From the IMG/VR virus record IMGVR_UViG_3300027971_004105: a stretch of DNA of 64,000 bases. The stretch is one strand, 5' to 3'. Below, in pieces: positions 53,744 through 63,314 of this stretch. The notes beneath the pieces were generated by a model. The model was not told where the DNA came from, made no database searches, and was given only the letters and a program-made list of their open reading frames with translations. Position 1 is the first letter of the stretch. Each line of letters opens with the position of its first letter. Source of the stretch: a virus. Taxonomy: Duplodnaviria; Caudoviricetes. The position numbers and the translations under genes were made by a program.

Positions 53744-55204
53744 CTATAGACTTAGGTTCCAGGTTCCTTTGCGATATTCACCTTCAAAGCTCAATAACCA
53801 TGCTGTGCCATCCCATTTGTACTGCACACCTGTGTTTAGATTGGTGATGTAGGTAAATTCAACTGCTGAATCCACAGTGTTAGCATTGGCACTGGCATCA
53901 AATAATATGTTCCATTGAGTGCCATTCCATTCTATGATGTCATTGGATTGAGCCACAAAATCACTACTGTTGGAATTCTTCCATGCATCGGCTCCGTCCA
54001 CATTACTGTTTGATCCTATGTCATTTAAAATTAATAATCGTAATCCAGAAATTTTTGTTGCTGTGGGATTGAATGTGAGTGGATCTATGATGTAATCCAC
54101 AGTGCCTCTGTTGGTTACTCCATTGATAATTGTATTGGTTGGAATAGTATCAGTGTCCCAATTCACTATCAATTGATTTTCATTCAAACTGTTGAGAGCA
54201 AACGTTCCTGAAATTGTGGAATCCATATCAGAACGTTCCAAAAGTATTCTACTGATGCCTGCTTGATAAATTCCTGGATATGCATCCAACACTTTTCTCC
54301 AATTGGTTACGCCCACAACTCCTTTGTCCACTATTTGAACTATGCTGTTCATTACCACAATATCCCAATCACTGATAGTGGTTGCTGTCACAGAATCAGC
54401 ATCTGTTCTTACCACTTTGCTGGTATCTTGAGTGCCATCAGCTGTGGTATTGATATCTGATCTAGCAGTGTCGGTGGGATCATCTGAATATGCTTTGAGT
54501 TCAGGCATGCTCATGCCCAAATCAATATTACCTGTTTGTTCGTTAAAAATACTGGTGATAATTTTTGTAATTACTCCTAATTTTTTTACTTTGGTTGGTG
54601 CACTGATATAGATTGGAGTGGTAAATTGCAGTGTGGCAATGTCTATTTCACTTTCAGTGCCTGTGGGAATTCCTCTGGAACTAAAAGTTATTCCATTAAG
54701 ATCTAACACAGTTAAACTGGTCCAATCAATGTAATTGTCAGTGGTTTGAATTTCTAAACTGGGATTGAATAACATCAATATTTGTTCTAATATTTGTAAT
54801 TTTTGATCTGTATTGGTTGACCAAATGTCCACACTCACACCCAAGGTGTAAGGAGTAGGCATTAATCTTTCCACAGTAAAATTGGCTCCTTGAATATTCA
54901 AATACTCCTCGTTATTTTCATCAAATGCTCTTTCTCTCACATGTATTTTACTTACAAATGTAGCATCAGCTGTACGGGTACGATCCATTTCCAATGAAGT
55001 CACGTATACTGCCATTCTAGGAGCACTGGGAATTTTATTTTCACTGTTGTCTCTAATGATATGTGCCACTTGTCTAGTGATATCGCCATACATCACTGGT
55101 ATGGTCTTCAATTGACCTTTGCCATCTTTATAAGAAAAATTACTCATTAATCTCACAATCTGAGTAATATATCTGCGTATTTGTCCGTCGTAAAAAAATT
55201 CCAT
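53744..55204 (-). CDS. gp15: Tail completion / sheath stabiliser, T4 gp15-like, with C-terminal extension
   Basis: FFYDGQIRRY..Q, IPVMYG, MPTPYTL..., QILEQILMLFNPS; adjacent to gp14-like gene. Confidence 0.7.
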   Translation of the reverse strand: MEFFYDGQIRRYITQIVRLMSNFSYKDGKGQLKTIPVMYGDITRQVAHIIRDNSENKIPSAPRMAVYVTSLEMDRTRTADATFVSKIHVRERAFDENNEEYLNIQGANFTVERLMPTPYTLGVSVDIWSTNTDQKLQILEQILMLFNPSLEIQTTDNYIDWTSLTVLDLNGITFSSRGIPTGTESEIDIATLQFTTPIYISAPTKVKKLGVITKIITSIFNEQTGNIDLGMSMPELKAYSDDPTDTARSDINTTADGTQDTSKVVRTDADSVTATTISDWDIVVMNSIVQIVDKGVVGVTNWRKVLDAYPGIYQAGISRILLERSDMDSTISGTFALNSLNENQLIVNWDTDTIPTNTIINGVTNRGTVDYIIDPLTFNPTATKISGLRLLILNDIGSNSNVDGADAWKNSNSSDFVAQSNDIIEWNGTQWNILFDASANANTVDSAVEFTYITNLNTGVQYKWDGTAWLLSFEGEYRKGTWNLSL

Positions 55205-55206
55205 GT

Positions 55207-56364
55207 TTAATTGTCCGCTTTGGGTTTAAGTGCTTGTGATAAACTTTGTCTTTGTGGGACAGTTTGACCTGCTACTGTGGTTGTGTTGGTGTTGTTGATA
55301 AATCCTGTTTTTTGTGTGTTTCTGGTGTCAGTGTTGGTCAACGTCATACGCACAGCATCTTCCATTTTGATCCAACGTGTGCTGTCGTATCTAAATAATC
55401 TATTGGGTAAAAAATCTGTTCTTAAAAAATAATCACCTTTGGCAGCACCCAAAGGAAATCCTATGCCGTGACCAAACACTTCACCGTTGGGCGCAAATCC
55501 ATCTCCCAATAGATAACCGTCATAACCATTTCTGTCTGGTGTTTGATTGATTCTATCTGCCATTTCATTGGCAGTGCTGGCATCCAATGTGTTGATATCT
55601 GTGGTGACCAATTCAGGCTTGCCTTGTTCATCCACTTGCAAAGTGAATAAATTTTTAGTATTGTATCCACTCTTGTTTGAGTCTGCTTCTGCTTGTGCCA
55701 CAACAGCATTGTTAATTTGCATTTCTTTTTCATATGTGCTCAACACATCTCGTAGAGTGTTTTCACTGCCTTCTTCAGCAGGTAAATCCAGTATTTCTTT
55801 GAATTCTTGGCTGTCTACTATTTGTTTAAGTTTTAATCTATATAAATGAGGATACCAAGTGGGTGAAAATCCTTCTGCTGCTCTGTTTATATCCTGTATC
55901 ACATAAAATCTTTTCAATGCCACTTTGTAATCATTCAGTGCGTATTGGTCTTTTAAATGTGGTAATTCTATCACATCTCCTGACATTAATTTTCTACCAA
56001 TGGTTTTGACTGAACTGTTGATATGCACAGTTAAAAATATTGTATCATTTTGCAGAAATAATCCAAATTGACTCATGTCAAAGTCAATGTCACTCACGTT
56101 GTAAATGCCTCTGATCTGATAGATGTTGGGATCGTATTTTCTATCTCTATTTTCTAAAAATAATAGGTCTTGAATATTGGTTTCTTTCACAGCATTGTAT
56201 CTGGGCTGTGTGGCTGTGGCATCTTCTTCATCAGGATTCACAGGTCCAAGGTATTTGTGTACAAACACATCAGTGCCGCCCACTGTGAACATTTCTGCGA
56301 TTGTTTGATCTAAAAATGTGTAATCTTCGCCCTTTTCTGGCTTGTATAAACTGATTCTTGGCAT
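55207..56364 (-). CDS. gp14: Neck / head-closure protein, T4 gp14-like
   Basis: EMFTVGGTDVFVH, MSQFGLFL..D..F, GDVIELPH, F..TWYPHLY.L; divergent from gp13-like gene. Confidence 0.7.
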   Translation of the reverse strand: MPRISLYKPEKGEDYTFLDQTIAEMFTVGGTDVFVHKYLGPVNPDEEDATATQPRYNAVKETNIQDLLFLENRDRKYDPNIYQIRGIYNVSDIDFDMSQFGLFLQNDTIFLTVHINSSVKTIGRKLMSGDVIELPHLKDQYALNDYKVALKRFYVIQDINRAAEGFSPTWYPHLYRLKLKQIVDSQEFKEILDLPAEEGSENTLRDVLSTYEKEMQINNAVVAQAEADSNKSGYNTKNLFTLQVDEQGKPELVTTDINTLDASTANEMADRINQTPDRNGYDGYLLGDGFAPNGEVFGHGIGFPLGAAKGDYFLRTDFLPNRLFRYDSTRWIKMEDAVRMTLTNTDTRNTQKTGFINNTNTTTVAGQTVPQRQSLSQALKPKADN

Positions 56365-56369
56365 GTGTA

Positions 56370-56375
56370 TATTTA
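56370..56375 (-). promoter_or_regulatory. TAAATA motif 5 nt before ATG of gp14-like gene
   Basis: Minus strand reads TAAATA-tacac-ATG. Confidence 0.65.
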
Positions 56376-56394
56376 TTCATGCTGTGTCTGGTGC

Positions 56395-56400
56395 TAAATA
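56395..56400 (+). promoter_or_regulatory. TAAATA motif for gp13-like gene (divergent pair)
   Basis: SD AGGA at 56407-56410. Confidence 0.6.
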
Positions 56401-56418
56401 TGTTATAGGAACCTATTG

Positions 56419-57177
56419 ATGAGCGAACTACAAACACAAAGACAAGAAATATACAGTTTTGCTAAAGACATGCTGGGTGGGGGCATGGTTGAGGTTGAAC
56501 TGGATCCCAATCACTATGAAACAGCACTAACCAGAGCTTTGGGTAGATATCGTCAAAGATCCGACAATTCAGTGGAGGAAAGTTATTTGTTTTTGACCAC
56601 AGTGTTGGATCAAAACAGTTATACCTTGCCCAACGAAGTGATGGAAATTAGACAGATTTTTAGAAGAAGTGTTGGTTCAAGAAGTGGTGGCGGAGATGGT
56701 GGCACAGTGTTTGAACCATTCAATTTGGCCTACACCAACACCTATCTATTGGCCAGTTCCAACATGGGTGGTTTGGCCACTTACAACATGTTTTCTCAGT
56801 ATCAGGAAATGGTGGGTAGAATGTTTGGTTCTTTCATAGAATTCAAATGGAACTCAGTGACCAAAGTTTTAACGTTATTACAAAGACCCCGAGCAGAAGA
56901 AACATTGATGTTGTTTGCTTACAATTACAGACCCGAAAGCCAACTGTTGACCGATTACAAATCTAGAGAATGGATCAAAAGTTACACATTGGCCAATTGC
57001 AAATACATGTTGGGTGAAGCCAGATCCAAATTCAACACTGTGGCAGGACCACAGGGTGGAACCACACTGAATGGTGACACTTTAAAAGCCGAAGCTCAAG
57101 CTGAAATGGATAGATTGGATGCTGAATTGGCCACACAAATGGCTGGTGGCGTGGGCTATCATTTCACAATCGGTTAA
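56419..57177 (+). CDS. gp13: Neck / head-tail adaptor protein, T4 gp13-like
   Basis: LGGGMVEVELD, WIKSYTLA..KYMLGEARSKF...GPQGGTTLNG..LK.EA..E motifs. Confidence 0.85.
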   Translation: MSELQTQRQEIYSFAKDMLGGGMVEVELDPNHYETALTRALGRYRQRSDNSVEESYLFLTTVLDQNSYTLPNEVMEIRQIFRRSVGSRSGGGDGGTVFEPFNLAYTNTYLLASSNMGGLATYNMFSQYQEMVGRMFGSFIEFKWNSVTKVLTLLQRPRAEETLMLFAYNYRPESQLLTDYKSREWIKSYTLANCKYMLGEARSKFNTVAGPQGGTTLNGDTLKAEAQAEMDRLDAELATQMAGGVGYHFTIG

Positions 57178-57184
57178 TATTTCA

Positions 57185-57213
57185 TTGACATTATTATAAA
57201 TTTAAAGTACAAT
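57185..57213 (+). promoter_or_regulatory. sigma70-type promoter TTGACA-N17-TACAAT
   Basis: TTGACA 57185-57190, TACAAT 57208-57213, upstream of dNMP kinase. Confidence 0.8.
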
Positions 57214-57224
57214 AGTGCTTTAAT

Positions 57225-57818
57225 ATGATTATCGGAATTTGCGGATTAATAGGCAGTGGCAAAGACACCATTGCTGATTGCTTGGTGGAACAACACAATT
57301 TTCAAAAAATATCTTTTGCTGACAAACTCAAAGATGCTGTGGCTCAGATGTTCGATTGGGACAGACAATTGCTGGATGGCAAAACTGATGAAAGCAGAGC
57401 TTGGAGAGAACAGCCTGATGCTTATTGGAGCAAAGAAGTAGGCAGCACGATCACTCCTAGATTGGCTCTACAAAAGTTTGGTACAGAATGCATGCGTAAT
57501 GGATTTTATGATGGCATATGGGTCAGTTTGACCAAGAAAAAAATTATAGAAAATCCTCAGATCAACTGGGTTATTCCAGATGTGCGTTTTGTGAATGAAG
57601 CTGACATGATCAAAAGTGTTGGTGGAAAAGTTTGGTGGGTTAAAAGAGGCACATTGCCACTGTGGTTTAAAATATATCAAGATGTGGGCATAGAACCCAA
57701 AGACATACATGCCAGTGAATGGGCGTGGGCTAGATTTGCATTTGATGCTGAACTAAACAACAATAGCACCATAGAAGCTCTTAGAAGTCAGGTACAAGGT
57801 CTCCTTGCACCCATTTGA
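57225..57818 (+). CDS. gp1: Deoxynucleoside monophosphate kinase, T4 gp1-like
   Basis: P-loop GLIGSGKDT, SFADKLK, TPRLALQKFGTE, IPDVRFVNE, HASE. Confidence 0.9.
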   Translation: MIIGICGLIGSGKDTIADCLVEQHNFQKISFADKLKDAVAQMFDWDRQLLDGKTDESRAWREQPDAYWSKEVGSTITPRLALQKFGTECMRNGFYDGIWVSLTKKKIIENPQINWVIPDVRFVNEADMIKSVGGKVWWVKRGTLPLWFKIYQDVGIEPKDIHASEWAWARFAFDAELNNNSTIEALRSQVQGLLAPI

Positions 57819-58122
57819 TACCTTGTGATTGCAGCACTCGCTGACAGTTGGCACACACTGTTTTAAGATTGTTAAATCTACAGTTATTAAGATTGCCATC
57901 CACATGAAACACATTAAACTGCTGAGCATGTTTGCTTTTGTGTGAACACTTATCACACTCGTTTTTTTTCACATAGCCCGACTGCTGCCATTTGGGCATG
58001 CCCATGGATCTGCCTTTGTAACGCACACACTGCTCGCACTGAGATCTATAGAATACCTTGTTTGCTTTGTGATAATTCACAGCACAGGGGCGTTGTTTGC
58101 AGGCTTTGCACAAAGGTCGCAT
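57781..58122 (-). CDS. Zn-finger HNH-endonuclease-like protein
   Basis: CxxC pairs and FHVDGNLNNCRFNNLKTVCANCQ (last His is Gln); ATG 58122 lies 4 nt after minus-strand TAAATA (58127-58132). Confidence 0.65.
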   Translation of the reverse strand: MRPLCKACKQRPCAVNYHKANKVFYRSQCEQCVRYKGRSMGMPKWQQSGYVKKNECDKCSHKSKHAQQFNVFHVDGNLNNCRFNNLKTVCANCQRVLQSQGIKWVQGDLVPDF

Positions 58123-58183
58123 ACAGTATTTAGCTGCCCTTTTTTGGCCCTTTTTGTTGGGATTAATGAGGTGTATTTTTGAG

Positions 58184-58224
58184 CTATCTGAATAAATATA
58201 TTCAAATAAGTCATAGATAGGAGA
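58184..58224 (+). promoter_or_regulatory. TAAATA motif (58193-58198) inside a hairpin overlapping the sheath SD
   Basis: CTATCT 58184-58189 complements AGATAG 58215-58220; GAATA/TATTC inner stem; SD AGGAG at 58219. Confidence 0.55.
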
Positions 58225-58231
58225 AAACAAT

Positions 58232-61200
58232 ATGGCACTAGTATCACCGGGCGTACAAGTTACAGTAATAGACGAAAGTTTTTATACACCAGCGGAACCA
58301 GGTACGGTTCCAATGATCTTTATTGCCACTGCTCAGGACAAAGCCAATTCAGCAGGCACAGGCACAGCAGAAGGCACAAGAGCAGCCAATGCTGGTAAAC
58401 CTTATCTTGTAACTTCTCAAAGAGATTTGAGTGACACATTTGGTGATGCAATTTTCTACACAGATTCAAACAACAATCCAATTCACGGTGGTGAATTAAA
58501 TGAGTACGGTTTACAAGCAGCATATTCTTTCCTAGGAGTGAGCAACAGAGCTTACGTGGTAAGAGCTAACGTAGATTTAGATCAACTTCAAGCATCAGCT
58601 GATGCACCAGCCGGAACTCCAGCAGCTGGCACATATTGGTTTGACACAGCTAATAGTTTGTTTGGTATATTTGAATGGAATTCTAATCCTGTGACTTCTA
58701 CAGGAGGTCAAACATTTACTAATAAAGTTCCAACTGTGATCACAGATGTTGAACAATTAGTGGGTGAAACAGCAGGCAATGCTCCCAAAGGCGCAGTGGG
58801 CCAAATTGGAGATTATGCTATCAATGCCACCACAACTTTCAATGATTTATACTACAAAAATTATCTAGGCACTTGGGTTCAAGTAGGATCAACTGCTTGG
58901 AAAGCCAGTCAGCCAACAGTAATAGGATCTAATCAAAACGTATTATCTACATCAGGTACTTTTACTATCAATGGAACACCTATCACAGGAACTTCATACA
59001 CTCAAGTAATTTCTAATATCAACTCAGCAAATATCGTTGGAGTCACAGCAGCCAGTATCGGCACTGCAGTGGCAATCTTTTCAACCACAAGCAATATTAT
59101 TTTAGCTTCAGTTTCTGGAACTTTATTAGCAGACTTAGGATTTACAGCAGGCACAAAATACATTCCTTCAGTAGTGGTTCAACCTCACACACAAATCCCT
59201 GCGTTTAAATCTACAGATGCTAATCCAAGACCAACTGGATCTTTATGGATTAAAATTACTACTCCAAATCTTGGTGCTAGATTTAAAATTAAAAAATTCA
59301 ATGGTGTGACCAATTTATTTGAAGACATTTCTGCTCCAATTTACAACAGCAATGAATCTGCACTGTACAACATTGACAGAGCGGGTGGTGGAGCAAATAT
59401 TGCTGTGGGATCACTTTATGTGAATTCCAACAATGGCAGTGATGAAGTTGATTTCATAATTCAAAGAAAAGAAAATACTGGAGCAACCATTATTAAATCC
59501 AGTGCAATCACCACTCAGTGTGTGTCTGGCACATACAGTGTGACCATGCAAGAATCAAAAATCAATCAAGAAGCATTGGGATCTAGCACAACTTTTTCTA
59601 TCACAACAGTGGGACAATCTGGTGATGCTGATACAATTGCTAATGCAATCAATGCTCAAGGGTTTGTTAACATTGAAGCCAGTGTGGACACTTTGAACAG
59701 AGTTGTGATATCACACAATATCGGCGGAGATATTAAAATTACTGATACTGGTGATTTACTTACTTTGGCAGGATTCATAGCAGATTCTACAACCAATCTA
59801 TACAACGATGATGCCACTGATGGATCAACCAATCCAGTGGTATTGAGAGCCAGCAATTGGAAAACATTATCTTACACAGCTGACAGCAATGCTCCAACCA
59901 GTTTGACTGCAGATGGTCAATTATGGTACAATTCAATTGTGGACGAAGCAGATATCATGTATCACAATGGAACCACATGGAAGGGTTACAAAGATGCAGC
60001 AGCATTTCCAAATTCTAGTCCACTAGGACCTATCGTGTCAGCTACTAAACCAACAGTACAATCTGATGAGACACCGTTAGTGACTGGTGATTTATGGATT
60101 GATACCAGCGATATTGAAAACTATCCTCAGATTTACAGATACAACTCAGCAACTGTTACATGGACTTTGATTGACAATTCAGATCAAACCACAGAAGATG
60201 GTATCATATTTGCTGATGCACGTTACAACACTTCAGGAGCCAACAGCGACACACCAGGCACCATAGAAGCGTTATTAACTTCTAACTTTGTTGATTTTGA
60301 TGCTCCAGATCCAACATTGTATCCAAAAGGCATGTTGTTGTTCAACACACGCAGAAGTGGATTCAACGTTAAAAAATTTGTGAGAAATTATGTTGATCTT
60401 ACTGATCAAAATACAAGATTCAGTGATGAAAACATGACTGCATACTATCCTCATAGATGGGTTTTAGAATCTGGCAATCAAACCAACGGTGCTGGTAGCT
60501 TTGGTAGAAAAGCACAGAGAAAAGTTGTTATCCAAGCATTACAAGCATTGGTCAACAACAATGATGCCATCAGAGATGATGCTTCTAGAATATTCAACTT
60601 GATAGCATGTCCTGGTTATTCAGAATTGATCGGCGAAATGATTTCATTAAACTATGACAGAGGTTTAAGTGCTTTTGTTGTAGGAGATTCTCCATTTAGA
60701 TTGACTCCAGATGCCACTTCATTAAACGAATGGGCAACCAACGTGAATCTAGCAGTGCAAGACAGTGACGAAGGTCTAGTTTCATTTGATGAATACATGG
60801 GCGTATTTTATCCATCAGGATTCACCAGTGATAACTTTGGCAACGACATTGTGGTGCCAGCCAGTCATATGATATTGAGAACTATTGCATTGAGTGACCA
60901 AGTTTCTTATCCATGGTTTGCTCCAGCAGGCACAAGACGTGGTGGCATAACAAACGCATCAAGTGTGGGTTACATCACATCAGAAGGTGAATTTGAGAGC
61001 ATAGCATTGAACGAAGGTCAAAGAGACACATTGTATACTTCTAATGTGAACCCAATCACTTTCATCACAGGTGCTGGTTTAGTCAACTATGGTCAAAAAA
61101 CCAGAGCAAGAAATGCTTCAGCACTGGACAGAATCAACGTTGCTAGATTGGTTATCTACTTAAGAAGTCAATTGAACAGATTGGCCAAACCATATGTGTT

Positions 61201-61444
61201 TGAACCCAATGACAAAATTACTAGAGACGAAATTAAACAGCAAGCAGAAGGTCTACTGCTAGAGCTAGTGGGACAAAGAGCACTATACGACTTTATCGTG
61301 GTGTGCGATGAATCCAACAATACTCCAGCCAGAATAGATCGTAATGAATTGTACTTGGACATAGCAATTGAACCAGTTAAAGCAGTTGAGTTCATTTACA
61401 TACCGTTGCGTTTGAAAAACACAGGAGAAATAAGCGGTTTATAA
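58232..61444 (+). CDS. gp18: Tail sheath protein, T4 gp18-like, with large insertions
   Basis: MALVSPGVQVTVIDES, YPWFAPAG.RRG, LYTSNVNPI, GQKT...SALDRINVARL, FEPND..TR, IEPVKAVEFIYI. Confidence 0.95.
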   Translation: MALVSPGVQVTVIDESFYTPAEPGTVPMIFIATAQDKANSAGTGTAEGTRAANAGKPYLVTSQRDLSDTFGDAIFYTDSNNNPIHGGELNEYGLQAAYSFLGVSNRAYVVRANVDLDQLQASADAPAGTPAAGTYWFDTANSLFGIFEWNSNPVTSTGGQTFTNKVPTVITDVEQLVGETAGNAPKGAVGQIGDYAINATTTFNDLYYKNYLGTWVQVGSTAWKASQPTVIGSNQNVLSTSGTFTINGTPITGTSYTQVISNINSANIVGVTAASIGTAVAIFSTTSNIILASVSGTLLADLGFTAGTKYIPSVVVQPHTQIPAFKSTDANPRPTGSLWIKITTPNLGARFKIKKFNGVTNLFEDISAPIYNSNESALYNIDRAGGGANIAVGSLYVNSNNGSDEVDFIIQRKENTGATIIKSSAITTQCVSGTYSVTMQESKINQEALGSSTTFSITTVGQSGDADTIANAINAQGFVNIEASVDTLNRVVISHNIGGDIKITDTGDLLTLAGFIADSTTNLYNDDATDGSTNPVVLRASNWKTLSYTADSNAPTSLTADGQLWYNSIVDEADIMYHNGTTWKGYKDAAAFPNSSPLGPIVSATKPTVQSDETPLVTGDLWIDTSDIENYPQIYRYNSATVTWTLIDNSDQTTEDGIIFADARYNTSGANSDTPGTIEALLTSNFVDFDAPDPTLYPKGMLLFNTRRSGFNVKKFVRNYVDLTDQNTRFSDENMTAYYPHRWVLESGNQTNGAGSFGRKAQRKVVIQALQALVNNNDAIRDDASRIFNLIACPGYSELIGEMISLNYDRGLSAFVVGDSPFRLTPDATSLNEWATNVNLAVQDSDEGLVSFDEYMGVFYPSGFTSDNFGNDIVVPASHMILRTIALSDQVSYPWFAPAGTRRGGITNASSVGYITSEGEFESIALNEGQRDTLYTSNVNPITFITGAGLVNYGQKTRARNASALDRINVARLVIYLRSQLNRLAKPYVFEPNDKITRDEIKQQAEGLLLELVGQRALYDFIVVCDESNNTPARIDRNELYLDIAIEPVKAVEFIYIPLRLKNTGEISGL

Positions 61445-61450
61445 TAACTT

Positions 61451-61458
61451 TATAAATA
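61451..61458 (+). promoter_or_regulatory. Full T4-type late promoter TATAAATA
   Basis: Exact consensus upstream of the tail tube gene; SD TAGGAG. Confidence 0.75.
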
Positions 61459-61476
61459 CTAGCAATAGGAGAAACA

Positions 61477-62103
61477 ATGAGTATATCTACACTATCTAAA
61501 TTGACAGTACCTTTGGCCAGCAACGCAAGTGCAGGCAGTCAGGGTCTGTTGATGCCAAAATTATCGTATCGTTTCAGAGTCACATTGGAAAATTTTGGTG
61601 TATCGACTCCAACCACAGAATTAACTAAACAAGTTATTGATGTTACAAGACCCAACGTAAGTTTTGAAAACATCACATTAGATGTGTACAACTCTAAAGT
61701 TTATCTTGCTGGTAAACACACTTGGGAACCTATCACATTAAATTTAAGAGAAGATGTGAACAATAATGTACAAAAATTAGTAGGCGAACAGCTACAGAAA
61801 CAATTTGACTTTTATGAACAATCTGCTGCTGCTTCAGGATCTGATTACAAATTTGTAACTAGAATTGAAGTGTTAGATGGTGGTAACGGAGCAAATGCTG
61901 CCAACATTTTAGAAACTTTCGAATTGTATGGTTGCTATGTAGATTCAGCAAACTATAACACATTGGCTTACAACACCAACGATCCTATCAGCGTGACATT
62001 ATCTATCAGATATGACAATGCTATTCAAACGCCTCAGGGTACAGGAATTGGCACCGCAATAGGTCGTACAATTAATACTCTTGCCACAGGCGGCGGACAA
62101 TAA
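61477..62103 (+). CDS. gp19: Tail tube protein, T4 gp19-like
   Basis: RPNVSFE, YLAGKHTWEPITLNLRED, L.GC...L.Y....TLSIRYD. Confidence 0.9.
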   Translation: MSISTLSKLTVPLASNASAGSQGLLMPKLSYRFRVTLENFGVSTPTTELTKQVIDVTRPNVSFENITLDVYNSKVYLAGKHTWEPITLNLREDVNNNVQKLVGEQLQKQFDFYEQSAAASGSDYKFVTRIEVLDGGNGANAANILETFELYGCYVDSANYNTLAYNTNDPISVTLSIRYDNAIQTPQGTGIGTAIGRTINTLATGGGQ

Positions 62104-62125
62104 TTTAAACATCTTAAATTGATTC

Positions 62126-62154
62126 AAAAAGGGGTCTAAATGGCCCCTTTTTTT
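62126..62154 (+). terminator. Rho-independent terminator after tail tube gene
   Basis: AAAAAGGGGTC-taaat-GGCCCCTTTTTTT. Confidence 0.85.
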
Positions 62155-62192
62155 ATTTTAGCAGCATAGATTTACAACACATAAATATTAGC

Positions 62193-63311
62193 ATGCCAAA
62201 CATATTAAAACCTTTTTTAGATAATCTTTTCAAAGGAGCTTTAAATCCCAAAGGCAACCTTGCTGACTATCAACATGGACAAAGATTATTTGTGGATGAC
62301 AGTTTTAGATTGGCTCCAAAACAAAAGTTTCTTTACCACGTATCATTCAATATTAACTCTCGCGCCACAGCAATTATTCCTAATTTCAATTCCACTGTTG
62401 GCGAAGAATTAAACATGTTGGTAAAATCTGTGGATTTACCCAAATACACCATAGAAACTGTGACCAAAAATCAATACAACAAAAAAAGAAAATTACAAAC
62501 TAGAATAAATTATGATCCTATTCAAGTAGTATTTCACGATGACAACTATGGCATAACCACTGCTATGTGGCAGATGTATTATCAATATTATTTTAAAGAT
62601 GGAAACTATGGCAAAAAAGATCAAACTAAAACCATATCCAGCACTGTGCCTGATCAGTACAACAGAGGAAATACCATATCAGGAGACACGGCAAACAAAT
62701 ATAGATATGGAATGGATTCTGATTCTTTTGAACCTTTTTTTACCAGCATACAAATTTATCAAATGGCTAGAAAAAGATACACTTGTTACACATTGGTGAA
62801 TCCATTGATAACCAATTGGCAAGGAGACACGTTATCATATGGCAGCAATGATCCAGTGGCCAACAGTATGACCATAGAGTTTGAAACTGTATTCATGAGC
62901 AGAGGACCAGTAACTGCTGGATCAGCACCCAAAGGATTTGGTGTTAGACACTATGATAAAACCCCAAGTCCGTTGTCATTGCCTGGTGGAGGAACCACTA
63001 GTGTGTTTGGAGTGGGTGGAGTATTGAGTGGACTTTTTGGATTGGGTGGAGACAAAAGTGCTTTCAGTGATATTGAATCGGGCGGTGCGGGATCTGGTAG
63101 TTTTTTAAAAACAGTTATAAGCAGTGCTAACAGACTTAAAAATTTAAAAAAATTAAACAAAGAAGGTTTGAGAGAAGAAGGATTCAATATAGTCAAAGAA
63201 GGAATTGGCAGAGTGGGTGGAACCAATGTGAGTGGTGTGGCCAACACACTGTTTCCTAAAAATACCCCTGTGGCTAATAACGTAACCAAAGCTGAGTTAA
63301 AAAGAAGATAA
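62193..63311 (+). CDS. Tail-tube-like baseplate protein (gp19-family paralogue, gp48/gp54-like role)
   Basis: KSVDLPKY.I....NQYN.KR......YDPIQVVFHDD; TAAATA at 62182-62187, 5 nt before ATG. Confidence 0.65.
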   Translation: MPNILKPFLDNLFKGALNPKGNLADYQHGQRLFVDDSFRLAPKQKFLYHVSFNINSRATAIIPNFNSTVGEELNMLVKSVDLPKYTIETVTKNQYNKKRKLQTRINYDPIQVVFHDDNYGITTAMWQMYYQYYFKDGNYGKKDQTKTISSTVPDQYNRGNTISGDTANKYRYGMDSDSFEPFFTSIQIYQMARKRYTCYTLVNPLITNWQGDTLSYGSNDPVANSMTIEFETVFMSRGPVTAGSAPKGFGVRHYDKTPSPLSLPGGGTTSVFGVGGVLSGLFGLGGDKSAFSDIESGGAGSGSFLKTVISSANRLKNLKKLNKEGLREEGFNIVKEGIGRVGGTNVSGVANTLFPKNTPVANNVTKAELKRR

Positions 63312-63314
63312 TTT

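Noticed and set aside
1834-62103. Introns or inteins in portal, capsid, sheath or tube genes
   Set aside because: Reading frames are continuous; no intein splice motifs or embedded endonuclease domains recognised
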